Source: Perkinsus olseni (lineage: Eukaryota). From it: a stretch of 64,000 bases of DNA. A program made the position numbers and the translations under genes. The first letter of the stretch is position 1. Every line of letters starts with the position of its first letter. Positions 1-13,489 of this stretch are shown one piece after another. The notes under the pieces were generated by a model, which worked only from the letters and a program-made list of their open reading frames with translations, did not search any database and was not told the origin of the DNA. The stretch is taken from the NCBI GenBank assembly GCA_013115125.1, contig JABANN010000003.1, forward strand, positions 124,001 through 188,000, given 5' to 3'.

Positions 1-830
1 CGGTGCAGACCTGCTGATCAGGATGGGTTACGTGAGACTCCTCTTGGCACCGTTCAGTGACGCTCACTCGTCCGAGCCCGTAGGTGCCTGATGCGAGAGA
101 TCACACGGTTCATGCTAATCCAAATCATGGTCGTCGCGGACTAGGCTACTCCCCGGAAAGTCAAGAGGGTCCAGCCTTCCGACGAGGACATGGTCCCCGG
201 GACGCAAATCGAGGTGGGTTGGAGGTCACGATTGACGGAGATCACGAGCGATGAGCTTTTTAGAAGAATTACAAGAATTGTTGGACAAGTGCCACTGGAA
301 CATTGGCGAGGATCGTTTCACCCATGAAGAGCTTGCAGCCGTTCCATACGCTGAGGAGGAGCCCCTGACAACATTGAGCGACGACGAAGGGCTCCCGGTA
401 CCCGAAGAGCTCGAAGACGCAGACTTCATAGCGATGAGAGTCCGGGGCTCCCGAGTCGCAGGAGAGAAGAAACGTAGGAGCATATTGAGCCTCGGATTTG
501 GTCCACCCCTGTCATGCCAGGTGGTCGAGGGCTCGCCAATCGTAAGATGAAGAAGGCGGCGAAGCTGCAGAAAAAACTACTTGCGGTTGAGAAGAGAAAG
601 GAGCGAAATAGCGCTGCTGTCAGTCCTCAAGCGCGAGTACGTCCCATTGATCCTTCTAAGTTATTCTTTGATGACCCAATCGGAGATTCATAACTTTCTC
701 GGGGATTCACCTTTCGTTGTCAATCGAGCCACTGGTTATTCGAGCAAGCTCTTGGCAAGTGTCGCCGACCATGCCGCGCCGCAGAAGCAAATTCAGAGAA
801 GCAATACTAGCTGCAACTATAGAACTACAC
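1..830 (+). CDS. Partial multi-exon hypothetical gene, possible G-patch-like motif at its 5' edge
   Basis: Splicing a GT..AG intron (30-83) gives GADLLIRMGY-VPDARDHTVHANPNHGRRGLGY, which resembles the G-patch pattern (G..LL.kMGy...rrGLG). It is followed by an acidic exon and a Lys-rich exon. The gene starts before the window and its 3' end is uncertain. Confidence 0.3.
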
Positions 831-2777
831 GTGAGCTGTAGAACACTTCCCGGCGATGAGTCATATATGCACACAGGCTCGATGTCACGAAGTTGTTACA
901 GTCGGACGCGCGAAACCCTCCCGAGTATCGCACCGACGAAGCGTTTGAGAGTCACGCTGGCTGGAGAAGGTATCTTGCGCGGTTCGCTGATAGTTGTACA
1001 CTGAGTTCAGGGGCTCGACTGAGAGAATCCTCGCTCCCGCTCGGCCGGAGTGCATCTCCGATGCGGGGGAGAAAAATACTTCGAGACGAGAGGAGACGTC
1101 GAAAGAACGAGCTGATAAGGAGTGTAAGTGCCGTGATGTTCTATACCCGTTGACGCGCCGCGCAGCTTCGAGTATCCGTGATCGGACACTGCGGACAAGC
1201 AGCCACTTGTTTCCAGGTCTGCAGATTTCTCCGCTCGGAGCTAGGCTTTGCGCTGCCGCACACCTTCTACAGCGAATGGTCGTGCAACCCCAGCCAGTCT
1301 CTAGTCTATCTCTACGTTAGCTGCAAGGATCGGGTCCAACAGCCTGAAGAATTCACAAAAGAAGCAGCATCTGGCAGGCCGTAAGCACACGTTTCCTCGA
1401 TCTCTCAGCTTTATCGCCCGTTCCTCCGCTGCCTCGTCTTTATGCTATCGTTGCGGCCCTGGGAACCATGAACTCCCCAACTTAGATATCGTGGGTTCGG
1501 TACTTCTACCACGGCTGCCCGTGCGGCAGAGGAGCACTGGAAATCCAAGAATTTCGATACTCTTGTTTACTACACGGTTGCCAGTCGCTCCTCCAAAATC
1601 ACTGACCGCCTTTTACAGTGAGTTTCTCCAATGACTCGAGCCTTGGAACCGTCTCCTCTCTTGGTAGATACGAGGACCCTGCGATCGTTTTCGTTGTTGC
1701 CCATGAAGCCCTTCATGTGGTTGAGTTCTTAGGTGATCTGGCTAATCTTACAGTGGTCAGGTTCACCTTCGCATGTCGCGAGTCAAGATTCCATACAAGT
1801 ATGAGGAGGCTCTGGCTGATTGGGTCGGATTGCAAGTCGTGCGGAGCTTCTCCAAACGTTACCGCGAGGTCGCCACGTTGAACGCGTTCAAGTTCACTCA
1901 CTCACCTGTGTGTAGATCTTTTTCACTACGGACGAGGCCGCGGAGTTCGCTCAGCGCATGGAGCGATTCCATGCACTCATATGTGAGGCCCTCAGTAAAG
2001 GTAACACCTAATCATCGGTGGAACAAAACACAATAGAGCGAAGGACCTATTTCAGAAGTCACCAGTGCAGCCGACCTAGAAAGTGCGTGGAATCGAAGTA
2101 TCTCCGCGGAGCGCAACCGTCTGAACGTAGCGTGGTGTTGATAGTCCGCGCAGCAGGACCACGTGACAGGCACCATCCATCTTTCTAGATCGATTCGACT
2201 TCCCGGTCTCGAACAAAGCGTTCCTACTCCGGTGGGCATAGCACTGCTCGGACATCTACTGCCACGAGGTACCTTCAGATACAGCGCTTACTGCGCGAGG
2301 TATTTTCTTCTGAAGTCTGTTTTTGGCGATGTTGGCGAAGGGATTGAAACCGCTTTCGGAACTGTTCACCGTTGGTTAAAAAGGGTATCAAGCGACTCTT
2401 CGACCATCGAAAACGAATTGCTCAACCGGCTTGCACCGTCCGTCTCCGAGGCTCTGGCTGCTGTTTCCTTGAGCCGACGGCGTGCACTCAATGATATTGC
2501 CTTGACAAAGACTCACAAGGCCATAACTACTCGATTTATCTAGCTAAAGCATGAACTTTTATGCGAAATTACGGCTTATCGCCTTGTGGTAACCAGTAGT
2601 TATTGTGTTACCCAGTGCCCAAGATAAGACGGTTGCGTATCGTATATGGACGGCCTACTTCCTGAGTGATCCTTCGCTCAGAAAACGGTAGCCCGATCTT
2701 CCCATTGATGGAAGAGAATTGAGCTACTGATACAACGCATCATCGGCAGACACGAGAGTAAGAAAGTTTCACACAAG

Positions 2778-5700
2778 TCATGCTCCGCGGACAGCCATAT
2801 CTCCAGGCCCGACACCTAAGTCGAGGCTCACGCCTGCTGTTCCTTATGTGAGGCTCTCACTGCAACAGGGGCAACCACTCCTCCCGGAAAAGCCGGCTTC
2901 CTCCAAGTGTAACAATTTGAAGAGCCGACCACAGCTACAGCATGCGGATATCGGTAGATCAGGCATCATGTTCTTATAAAACCTATCATGCAGAAGAATT
3001 TTTCTGTACACGCAGCACCGAGTTCCACTTGATGCCCATTCCTTTGCGGGTTTGATCTATGACGAGTATCTCCTCTGGCCGCAGCTCTCGCAGGATCTCA
3101 GTTGGCAAACGCGTCGGCTTGTAGGGCTCTCCCGGGACCAAATCCCGAACGCTGGTCACCTTCAGCACGGCCAGTCATGTCACATGACATGCAACTGCAT
3201 CCATCACATTCAAGTCACATTACGCATGTGACTTGGATGGAATATGTTCAACCACTCACAATGGTCCTCAATAGTTCCGAGTCCACATCATAAATTGAGG
3301 CTGTATCCCGACCGTCGTCACTGTCGAGGACAAGGCGGTCGGCTTGTTGGTCGCCTAATGCGCAACGTGAGCTCCGGTGCTAACTTGGAATATTACGTAA
3401 TTCCTTTCCGCGAGCTTCTTTTCGGTCACGTAACCCGCTTGAATAACGAGGTTCGGACTCAACGAGACCAATGACCTCGTTATGGTCAAGCGACTCATCA
3501 GCGGCTTCCTAGGGGCGGGCTAGCCTACTGGATTCGACCTGCTCAGTGAGACCAACTTACAAATTCTAACAGAGGAAGAGGTTCCCATCCTATCGCTGAT
3601 CGTATCTGTGCTCAAGCTCGACCCTGCGGTTAAGCGCAGTGTCAACTTACCAACGGATGAAGGCACTCAGTACAATGCTCAAGTTCGATCACTTCTGTGG
3701 ATGAGGAGCCTGCGATGTGTATAAAATGAGACGACAGACGCCTTCGGCTGCCATACCCTCGAAGGAGATCAGGTACGGAAGCGTGGATCCACAACGGCCG
3801 CATAGTTGTACGAGATCATCGTTGTCGACCAGTGTGGCTGATCTGGATTTTAAAGCCTGAACATGAAACTCCTTCCGGCATCAAGGTTGGTGCTGATGAT
3901 AACTGAATATTGCGCCTTGACGGCTAACTGCCGCGGGAGCTTCAGAGACTCCAAGCGGTCATGTGCAGAGCCTAAGAGGGGGATAATGGGACCCGAGAAT
4001 GAGTTAACCCACGGGCTAGCTTGAAGCACTGCAACTTTATCGCGGTCTCAGCTAGGACGAATAACCTGAAAAGCTTAGCAGTATTTCGTGGGGATTAAAG
4101 GCAGATATCGACTACACATTAGAGCGCTTGACCCCCAGCGGGAGCTCGCCGAGCTGGCTGGCCATGTTTGTGATGAAAACACAAGCATGAAGAGTTTGCT
4201 CCAATGGAGTCAATACGAGAGGACCTTCTATATGGCAAACCACGTCCGAGTAGGCCAGATACCTGATCTCTAGAAGCCGTGGCGCAGGCTCGACGCATTG
4301 GCCACTGCATACACGTCAGATTGAACCTTCGACTGAATACTCCCATCCACGTCCCCTCTCACTGCGGCGCTTCTCGCCTTCTTCCATGCATATCTGGCAG
4401 GGCGGAGAACGAATCTTCCAGTGTTCGTCATGAAGCTCACATAGCAGCTTGTTTGAACAGTTTCTGCTCAGCCGACAGGTCTATCAATTGCCGTAGCATT
4501 TCGGAACTCAAATCAGAGCGACCAGCCTTCTCGAAGGCCTCATAGGCTTCTTCGTATCTACGGAGAAAGGTGGGGGAATCGTTGCCAGATTGCAGAGAGC
4601 CACCTGTCGTTGCTCATCAACCAGTTGCCCCAGGGAAGGAAAATGTCCTCGGCGAGCTCGGGGTGGGAGCGAGCCAGTTGAAAGGCCTCTTCCCATCTGA
4701 AGGTGGTTTAAAATGCCATTCGCACCGGCTTCCCAGGTGACCTGTGCTCGTTCACATGCAGCCTGACGAGGCTCTCGTATTCTTCCGCCCTTGTCAGCGC
4801 TTCCTTTGCAAACGTGTAGTTATCATGTTTTATCTACGTTCAAGTGCTAGTCACGAAGCTCACGGTCCTCCTCACGAAGCAAGAAGCTGCTTCCAGCATG
4901 ATCTCCTCATCTCGTTCACTATTCTTGTCGCAGGCGCGAACGATGTCGATGAGAGGTTCCAAAGCCCCGATCCTCATGTAAATGCCGGCAGCTCGCTCTC
5001 TCTGTCCCACCCGGAGATACCTAATCGGACCTTGTTTACGATATGAACGTGCTGTGGAGGATTACGTATCAGCGGCAGCACGCAAGTCCCCATCTTCTTC
5101 ACTCGACTGAGCTTGCTTCATCATTAGTCCAACGGTAGTAGAGGGTGCCTAGCCACCTCGACGAACACCATTACAATACTAAGGATGCGCTACTGGCTGT
5201 GGAGCTGCTCCCTGCTTGCCATCGCCTGTAGCTAGATTCGCGTTGTCCTCTTGATTCTCACTAGCCCCAGGCTCTTTGGCCTTCGGTGCTTCAATCTATT
5301 AACAGGTAGAAAGGTGATTTCAGAAGCTGAATATCAGCGGATCCGTTGACACGCAACACTACCTCGCCGTTCTGCACGGCCTTCTCCTGCAATTCGGCCC
5401 ATTTTTTCGCATCATCCCACCGCCTGAGGTCTGTAAACATCTCCGTTGCAAGCCCGTATTGCTTGGCCCGACCAAAAAGTACAGCTGCCTGAGACTGTAA
5501 ATGAGCTCAGCGCATATCGTACCACATCTACTTCGTTGAAGCGACCCTCATATGCCAGAGCGTGTGCTGCAACCAGTGCACGGTCCTCATCACTCCATTG
5601 CCTCTTAGCAAGGTCTTCCAGGTACCTGTCGATCACTTCCAGCTGACTTATCGTATGTCATGACTGCACTGACGTTGGAAGGAACAACAAGTTTGTGTCT

Positions 5701-8700
5701 GGTACTGCTATCCCATTGCGGCTCGTCAGCTGCAGCAGAAGTCTATGGAGAAGGTCGATATAGCGTATCTTGATAGCTCGCCAATCGGGTGACGAAGGCC
5801 TCGAATGACTACATCCCGTATCCTGATGAAAGCTCTCCGAGCTACGTCGAAAACCATCTCCTTCAGAGCGTGTAAGGCTAGCTGCCGCCAGTCATCGTCC
5901 GTCACTCCGAGGCAGGCTACGTTGTAGGCCGCAGAGAAGTTACGAACGGACATGTATCTTGAACTGGTTTATGGGCGACACCGCCGGTTGACGTCCTACC
6001 TGTAAAGAGACGGCCCCTGAGGGATCTCGATGGTTTCCATCGACGAGAAGTTGAGGCAAAAGATCTTACTGCCTTTGAAGCCGACAACCTGAGTCGAGCA
6101 ATCAACGGCATGAAGGCGAAGCAGGTCTTAGTGAGAGTACGAATCCATGGAGTTTCTGCGGGTGGCTTGGGAAGCTGCCCGTTTTGATGCAAAGAAGGTT
6201 GTTCCCGGAGTAAGCGACCATATCGGCAAACTCCTGGTTCCACGCGACGGAGTTGGCACCCGCCTCCTGGTATCTATTTTCGTCGGCATGCCTCGGGCGC
6301 CGCCGATAACTCTTACAGGAGCTGTTGCGTCTCCAAATCATAAACCATCAACGTAGCGCTTTCATTGACGACGGCGAGTTTTCTGCGGTCACCTATGGCG
6401 GAGATGAAGGCTCGGGAGTCGAACGGAAAAACCTGTTCGCTACACGACACATCGAGGCATCTCACTGGACTGGACTGCTTCACCAACGTTATCGGGAAAG
6501 CATTGTCGATGAAAATCTTCACAACCTGTGGAAGTACCAAGAACAGAGCATTGGCTGCAACCTGTCGGCTGTACATGCCCATTCTTCAGTCCTGCCAGGA
6601 GGCCCTCCTTCCCAGGCACTCCACCGATAACCTTTATGTATCGTATAAGGCTATCCAGATGCCATTCACGCTCAAGGACACCATTGATCGAGTATCTGAT
6701 GCCTAGTATTGCGAACCGCAGTAGGCGAGAGTTACAGCCTCACAGCTGTAACCGTTTCTCATGGCAAAGTATGAAGTGTTGAGCGGTGGCCACGAGGAGA
6801 GAGCAGTCCAAGCTAAGGCGAATCTTGTCCACAGGCTGGTAACGCATGTCTAGAGGGTCATCACCAGGCACCTCATAAACTAGTACCTGAGCAGAAGCGC
6901 AATCCGTGTCGATCCGCCCTGTGGGAAACTGCATAGGCTCCTGGGCAGCGCTCAGTGTCTCAGTGCATGCTTACGACTACGCTTCCTTTGATTGTTGGCG
7001 GAGCAGGAAAGCCTTTCGACGAATCTATGATATGTTATCAGAAGGCTACTGACCTTCTGCGGGAGTTGAACAACCAGACGGTTACGATAGACTGCTATCT
7101 TCTTCACGTGATCTTTACATCTAATCCGGACCTGCAATTGAGAGAGGTGGCGATCAGCTTCAGCGCCAACTCCGTCCATCTCCTATCGCGGCTCGCATGA
7201 CGGAAAGTTTAGGCGTGTCAGCGCACAGGCTGTCGCAGTAAGACTATCGTATTTGCACGACACTCTCTTCGTACCTTCGCGTCTGAGGCTAGATGGTGCA
7301 GGACGACGTCGGTCATATTGTCTCGGTAGGCATAACGATCCTTGTAAAGTCCGTGAACCTAGACGAGTACGTGAGCCGATCTCGGACAATGGAGGCTGTA
7401 CATTACCGTGGAGAAGGTGATGTGGTGCGCGGCAACATCTCCGTTTTCTGTTCCGATCACGAAGCCTTGCTGCTCTGTAGGTCTAACCTGTCACCAGACG
7501 ACCACGAGCTAGCGCCAGGAATCCGCGCCTCCGTTCGGACTCCTACGGCCAAGCTCCACACAGGGCAGTCCATCTGGGCGATGTCTCCAAGCAGGATGCC
7601 GTCTCTAGTCCACAGCTGAACACGCCCATCAAAACCACCGAGAGTGAAGTACCTGCTTCTCTCGCAGTACGCTGCCACGTTAAGTTTTGTTACTCTCCCG
7701 ATGGGAAGAAGGAAATAGAACAGGGGTCGTAGCCTAGCTTATGCTCGGGCCCAAGTTCTTGCCCAGAGAGCTTGTAAAAGGCTAGCGTCTGGTCCCAGCA
7801 ACCGACTGTAAGGACCTGGCTCGAGGTAACACCACCATTGCGGCTGATGAAGGGCCACGCACTTCGGTTGATTCAGATTTAGAAGGAGACGGGTTCCAGG
7901 CCAAACACCAAACTGGCTCCGATCGAACTATTCTAGTCTTCTCCGCACAAAACCTGACGACCGGCAGTATTCACTTCCGATTGCCCCCATCCACTGACTT
8001 GTCCCGGATTGATATGTGACCGTTGAACAAGCCGAGCGCCAGATGGAGTCCGTCTGTTGTCCAAGACATGCAGAGAACTCTAGCAGACACCTGAGAGAAT
8101 TTCCGCGCTACCGGAACCCCAGAGAAACGATTCAACCTTATGTTTTTGAACGCTTTTCTGCTCTGGACTCCACAGACCTATATCGTTATGAGTGCCACTC
8201 GCGAGCTGCTGCGTTACGGGGTTGTACGCCAGGAACTGAATCGAGTCGCTGTGACTGTATCTGCGAAACCGGACCTTCTTAAAAAATCTTGCGCAGCCAA
8301 GCTGTCTCGAGAAGTGGTGTCTTTCAGGCAGATTCCGCAATGAGATTCAGACAAGTGGCTGACCATCAATGACTGCATTACTTTAGAATGCCCTCGCCTT
8401 TACTTGTCCAAATAATCACTTGCTGATCGGCACCCCCGGACGCAAATCTCCTGACAAATGTCCGAGCCACTGCCCCGTGAATCGAGGCGCCCCGTTCGTA
8501 CTTCCCTTGTTTCGAATATGTCACGCAATAAACAGTATCCCTGTGGCCTTTCAAGCTGTGTACAAGGTCACCATCATTAGCGTCATAGACCAGTACCCGG
8601 TTGCCCACAGCAACTACCAGCTGAAAAGGATTCAGTCGACGACGCGTTCGACTTCACGTCGAAGCTCCAAGCCGTCAACTTAATGCATGCCGAATTCGCC

Positions 8701-8798
8701 ACCTGTTGTCCATCTGGCCTGTACGCGACGGACCAGACTACGTTGCCGTATTTCTCTTTGTCAGGAATCCGGTCTTGCCAGAGATTATGAGTTCGCAT
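2778..8798 (-). CDS. IFT122: Intraflagellar transport protein 122 (WD40/TPR, IFT-A), more than 25 exons
   Basis: Exon peptides are collinear with IFT122: [117 protein letters not shown], and C-terminal Zn-like [21 protein letters not shown]. The stop position depends on the inferred last intron. Confidence 0.92.
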
Positions 8799-9879
8799 TG
8801 CCGAGCGAGGAGCAAGCAACAGCTGAAAGAATACGAAGGTGGAAGAGGCTCAACGGAGGATTGGAACGACAGCAGTGGTCCAAAACAGTTAAGATGCAGT
8901 CGTCCGGATTTCGGCTTCCTGGTAACCTACACCGGAAACACTTTTCCACTGGTTATTACCGGATTAACTTGACATAAACGACAACCCGTAGAGCTCGATG
9001 GTGGAAAATCAACAGAGAAGACACAAAACATATGAGAAAAATAGTGAAAGTGAAAATAGTCTCACCGACGCCTGCATCACGGGCGATTGAAAATGGCGAG
9101 CAGGGAAGAGCTGTTCGCCAACTGCACTGTACGATACCCACAGACGATATGCCAACTAGCGGACTTGAAGAGAGCTGGTGAGGTCGCCGATGGATGAGCT
9201 GGTTCTAGTACCATGCCTGAGCAATGACAGAGTCTTACACAAGTCGGGTGCCACCGGTGTCTATAAGCTCGGTTTCCCGAGAAACGTCCACCTGCTGCCC
9301 GACGTACTCTTCCGATCCTCAGTTGCAAATGAGCAGCGACCACACAGGCCCCACAAGATCATGCGAGTAATCTCTCACGCAGAGCAGTGGATTCCTTACG
9401 ACCTACGAGCAAGAAGCATTTATCGCATCCAGTTGAACCCACTCCCACTGTTGTTCAGCGCAACATTAGGCCATGAGGACTAAAAATCGGCCTCCATCAA
9501 GGAGAAAAATCGTCGCTCTTGACGAGTCGATGAAGTTTTACAAGAGAAAACGAAGTTATCTCTACTCAGTTCACTGAGACTAAGAAGGACGAGCTCTCTG
9601 AGCTTCCTCTTTCCGCGGCTTTACTCGTACTGGGAAGTCGGAGGTCCATAAGCTCAGTACAACGCGCTAAGGCTCATGCGTAAAAATGGAAAAAGGGCAA
9701 TGGTGCATTTATCAACCTGTTCTTGAAGAACAGCTCTGTGACTGATCAGCGACCCACCATTGGAGTCACTTGCCTTCCAATATGATTTCTCTCGCTCGAC
9801 CAAAAGAAATTATTGGCAATATTAAAACGTGACCTCCACTAAAGTTTGTTTGAAGTTTTTAGGAATCCGGGCTACAACC

Positions 9880-11361
9880 CTAGACGGCAGAGTGAGTACT
9901 GCCGAAGCGATACCTACGCTGGAAGTAAGCCTGAATCTCCTCGAACGTTCTCCCTTTAGTTTCAGGTACCATCAGCACGACGAACAACACCATAATGAGA
10001 CATACCCCTGCGAACAGCCAGAATGTCCCATAAAATGTAATAGCATCGGTGATTTGGGTCAAGAATTGGGTGACAAGGAAGGAGCATAGCCAGTTGATCA
10101 TAGTGGCAACGGAAGCTGCCAGTCCTCTCACTTCATCGGGGAATAACTCGGCCAAGATCAACCACGGTATACCACCAACTCCAACGGAGAACGAGGCGAT
10201 GTAGCACAGAGCCGCGACGATCGCCAACCATCCAACATGCTGGTTGCCAGAGACGTCTCTTAAATAGAAGAACAGACCCTCGCACACTGCACTGATGCAC
10301 ATGCCCGTGGCTGCCGAAATCAGTAGAACCCTTCGTCCAGCCTTATCGACGATTAGCGTACCAATTAATGCCACACCGACTTGGACAGCCATTACCAACA
10401 GTGCGACCTCGTCCCTATTGTTGATGCCAGCTGCTTGGAAAATAGAAGTCTGGTAGAAGATGATTCCATTAACACCAGCGAATTGCTGAAGCACTTGAAG
10501 CATGATACCAATAAAGAATTGCATCCTGCTTCTATTCAAAGCTTTCAGCGTTCTCTTGATGGAGCCTCTTCCTTCAGCATCGCTCTTAGCCTGGATGGCG
10601 TCCAAGGCCGCCAGTTCAGCCTTGACCTCCGGATGAGTATCGTCAACCCCGCGGAGCCTCAATAATACGGCTTTGGCTGCCTCGTCTCGAGACTTCGAAG
10701 CAAGCCAACGCGGAGATTCTGGCGCGAAGAACATGCAAATGCCGAGGAGCGCGGAGGGAATGATGTAAATGAAACTTAGCAGGCGCCAGTTACAGAAGGT
10801 AGTAGAGGTTGCGTTCGGATCAATCGACCCCGCTCGAGTGCGGAATGCTAACCCGAGAACATAAGCCAAAAGAATACCGATGGTAATGGCAAGCTGATTG
10901 CAAGCTCCCAGCAATCCACGGTACTTGGTAGGGGAGACTTCTCCGACGTAAGTGGGTACACTAAAGGAGCTCATCCCGAGCGCGATACCCATGATCACGC
11001 GGGCCACAATCAGCTGCCAGGCCGCACTCGCGAGACCAATCCACAGGGAGGTCAACACGAAGAGTGGAGATGCTCCAACGAGACTCCATTTACGACCGAT
11101 CTTTTCATTCAAAGGGCCTCCGCCAAGCGCACCAACCATAGCGCCGATATTCAGCATAGAACCGAAGAGAGAAGCTTCCGTGGTCGTGTGGAATATGAAA
11201 AGAGAGGACCCCGCGCCGATTTCGATCAGATCTCCACCGGGGGTAGTTACATTGTTCTTCATAGTGTCAATGGACGGGCCGGAAAAGCCTAGAGACAGTC
11301 CGAAAAGGAGGGCCCCGAAAAGGGATGCCGATACCGAAAGGACAGCGCAAGTGTGGTTCAT
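9880..11361 (-). CDS. MFS sugar porter (hexose/GLUT8-like transporter), intronless
   Basis: Continuous ORF (track start 11442; likely ATG 11361, MNHTC..) with about 12 hydrophobic segments and sugar-porter motifs GRK, EVSPTKYRG, PESPRWL, QQFAGVN, DKAGRR, PETKGRTFEEI. Confidence 0.93.
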   Translation of the reverse strand: MNHTCAVLSVSASLFGALLFGLSLGFSGPSIDTMKNNVTTPGGDLIEIGAGSSLFIFHTTTEASLFGSMLNIGAMVGALGGGPLNEKIGRKWSLVGASPLFVLTSLWIGLASAAWQLIVARVIMGIALGMSSFSVPTYVGEVSPTKYRGLLGACNQLAITIGILLAYVLGLAFRTRAGSIDPNATSTTFCNWRLLSFIYIIPSALLGICMFFAPESPRWLASKSRDEAAKAVLLRLRGVDDTHPEVKAELAALDAIQAKSDAEGRGSIKRTLKALNRSRMQFFIGIMLQVLQQFAGVNGIIFYQTSIFQAAGINNRDEVALLVMAVQVGVALIGTLIVDKAGRRVLLISAATGMCISAVCEGLFFYLRDVSGNQHVGWLAIVAALCYIASFSVGVGGIPWLILAELFPDEVRGLAASVATMINWLCSFLVTQFLTQITDAITFYGTFWLFAGVCLIMVLFVVLMVPETKGRTFEEIQAYFQRRYRFGSTHSAV

Positions 11362-12026
11362 GAGGAACAACGAACTGCTAGCTTGGATGAACGTAAGACG
11401 TCCGAATTTCAACGAAGTGATGTAAGTGTCGCTACGCCCCATAATTCGTACGCAGATGTATACGTACAGCGACCGTGTCGCTACAACCTTCGCTCAGCAC
11501 CATGGAAGTTTAAGAGCGTATGAGTGTTCTCGGCGAACGCGCATCTTAAACCACCTTCCACCCGCATTGCGAGTTAACGCGTTCACAATTCATTCGCATA
11601 ACCTGGACCTCATCTCGCTCGCCCACTAAGTCGCAACGTCCCTCTCGCTCGCCCTAAAACCTTCGGCACGTCGAATAAGCGGGCAACCAGAGCGCTTCCA
11701 GGCTACCGAAGGCCTCGGTCCTAATCGCTTCTTGTGCAATCCTGCCCGGATTCGGGTTCATAGATCTAGGAGGGGTTCCAGAGGACAGCTTTGATTGAGC
11801 TGTTTCGTTCGAGCTCAACTCCTGCGCCTGGCGAGTCGCCAGTGGCGACTCCCGAACGCCGGAGAACTCTTAAACTCCGAAATGGCGAACAAAAGATTAG
11901 CAGAAGATTGGAAGGAAATCCGTCAACGCCGGCGTACGAGGGTGATGAGAGAGTGAATCGAAGATCTTGCTAGGGCGTTCTTTGAGAACTCGAACTCTGA
12001 GCCGACAGATCAGCTAAGATACACGC

Positions 12027-13177
12027 TCAAGTATCAGTGCTTAAAGCGGCCAACTCACAATCACTATCGAAAGCAGCAGCATCGGCAAGACTGCCTATTT
12101 CCGATCGTTTCCTTTTCGGTGCTGCTTGGGGTCCTCGAGGTTGACCGATTGTTAATTCACCAAGTAGATAAGACTTGTATCTCAGTAAAGCGTTTTGACG
12201 TTTGCCTGAGTACTTCGGTAGAAGAACCCCGAACCATCGATAACAGCAGCTGACAGGATCTCGCCGGCCCAGCATATCGGTCGACGTCAGGATCTGGTGC
12301 CAAGCCAAGGTGTTGTATGACCCATACTTGGCCACACCGAGTTGGAGAGCGATATCCTCCTGGAGCTTCCAAGGCGACGTCTGGTCCTGCTGCCACTTCT
12401 TGATAGGTGCGGATGTTGACTCGCCACCCAGGAGCTCGACCCTGAGCTTACTTTGTATGGTAGCGGGGGAATGAACAAGCCTCGCAAAGTGAACCTGAGG
12501 AGAGACTGGGTATTCGCCGATCTCGAGGAGAAGTAAGCCCTATGCCATTGGCTAGAGCAACAAGGGAAGCATGAAAAACTAGCACCTTAGAAATCTCTGC
12601 TGACGAGCGGGCGTGGTGACCGAAAGTATGCAGAGCGACAGCGAGCAACCGGTCAGCCGCCGGAGTCCAAGCTAGCTGCCAATCGCTGTTTATCTCGAAG
12701 GTATCCAACTCGAGACTCGGAGAGATGAACTGCGGGGACAGGAAGTCCTCCACGAACATCCTGTAACTGAGAGCGTGACGCTTGGTACCCTCAGTTCTGC
12801 CACTGGTACGTGCAGCTTCGGGCTCGTCAGCTTCCTACCCTCGCCAAGTCGCTGCATCCAGAGCTGCATGCAGCGGATCCGAAAGTACCAATAGAGGTTG
12901 GCTCCTAACTATGCTGCTGTTCTTCCCTTCAATCGTCTTAGCATAGCGCTCCAACTCATAGTACCTGACCAATGAACTTGTGAGCTACACAGCTAGAGGA
13001 CAGAAGGCGTCGCCCTTACATGTCATGCAGCTCTCGGAAAGTGCTTCCTTCAGAACTGGAGAGCACCCGGGCTTCAAACATGGCACTAACCAGAAGTTGA
13101 AGCAACTCGTGCGTCTGTCGACCGATTCTTGCGGCTATCGAATGAGGATCAGGCATTTCCGTCGATGACGTGGTCAT
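12027..13177 (-). CDS. Myb/SANT-repeat protein (GON4L/DUO3-like), multi-exon
   Basis: Two Myb-like starts: WTPAADRLLAVALHTFG, and SPWKLQEDIALQLGVAKYG..WHQIL..GRRDPVSCCYRW. Upstream exon MTTSSTE..IGRQTHELLQLLV. Boundaries are approximate. Confidence 0.55.
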
Positions 13178-13489
13178 GAAGAAGATGCAATTGGGACACT
13201 GCTACCACGACTAGCAAGCCACACACGACGGATTACGCCCGGAAGCTTCAATACGTCCCGTCATGGGAAAAATCGAAGGCAACACCCGCTATGATATCTG
13301 GCATTCGAATGAACTGAGCCCGAGGACAAATTGTCGTGGACAATAGTGAGTGACAAAATGCTCGCGATGAGAGCTGTATTCCGAGGCTTCAGCGAATGAC
13401 AGGGGAGTCACCAGAGAGGACGACAGGCTGCGATATCGGAAAATGGCACTCTCAGAATGATCTTCACGCCTCTCGCGCATCTTGGGGTT

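Noticed and set aside
1400-2543. Probable plus-strand multi-exon hypothetical gene
   Set aside because: Coding-like fragments are present, but I could not build a consistent splice path or recognise a domain.
9090-9700. Possible small plus-strand gene divergent from IFT122
   Set aside because: No consistent reading frame or recognisable motif.
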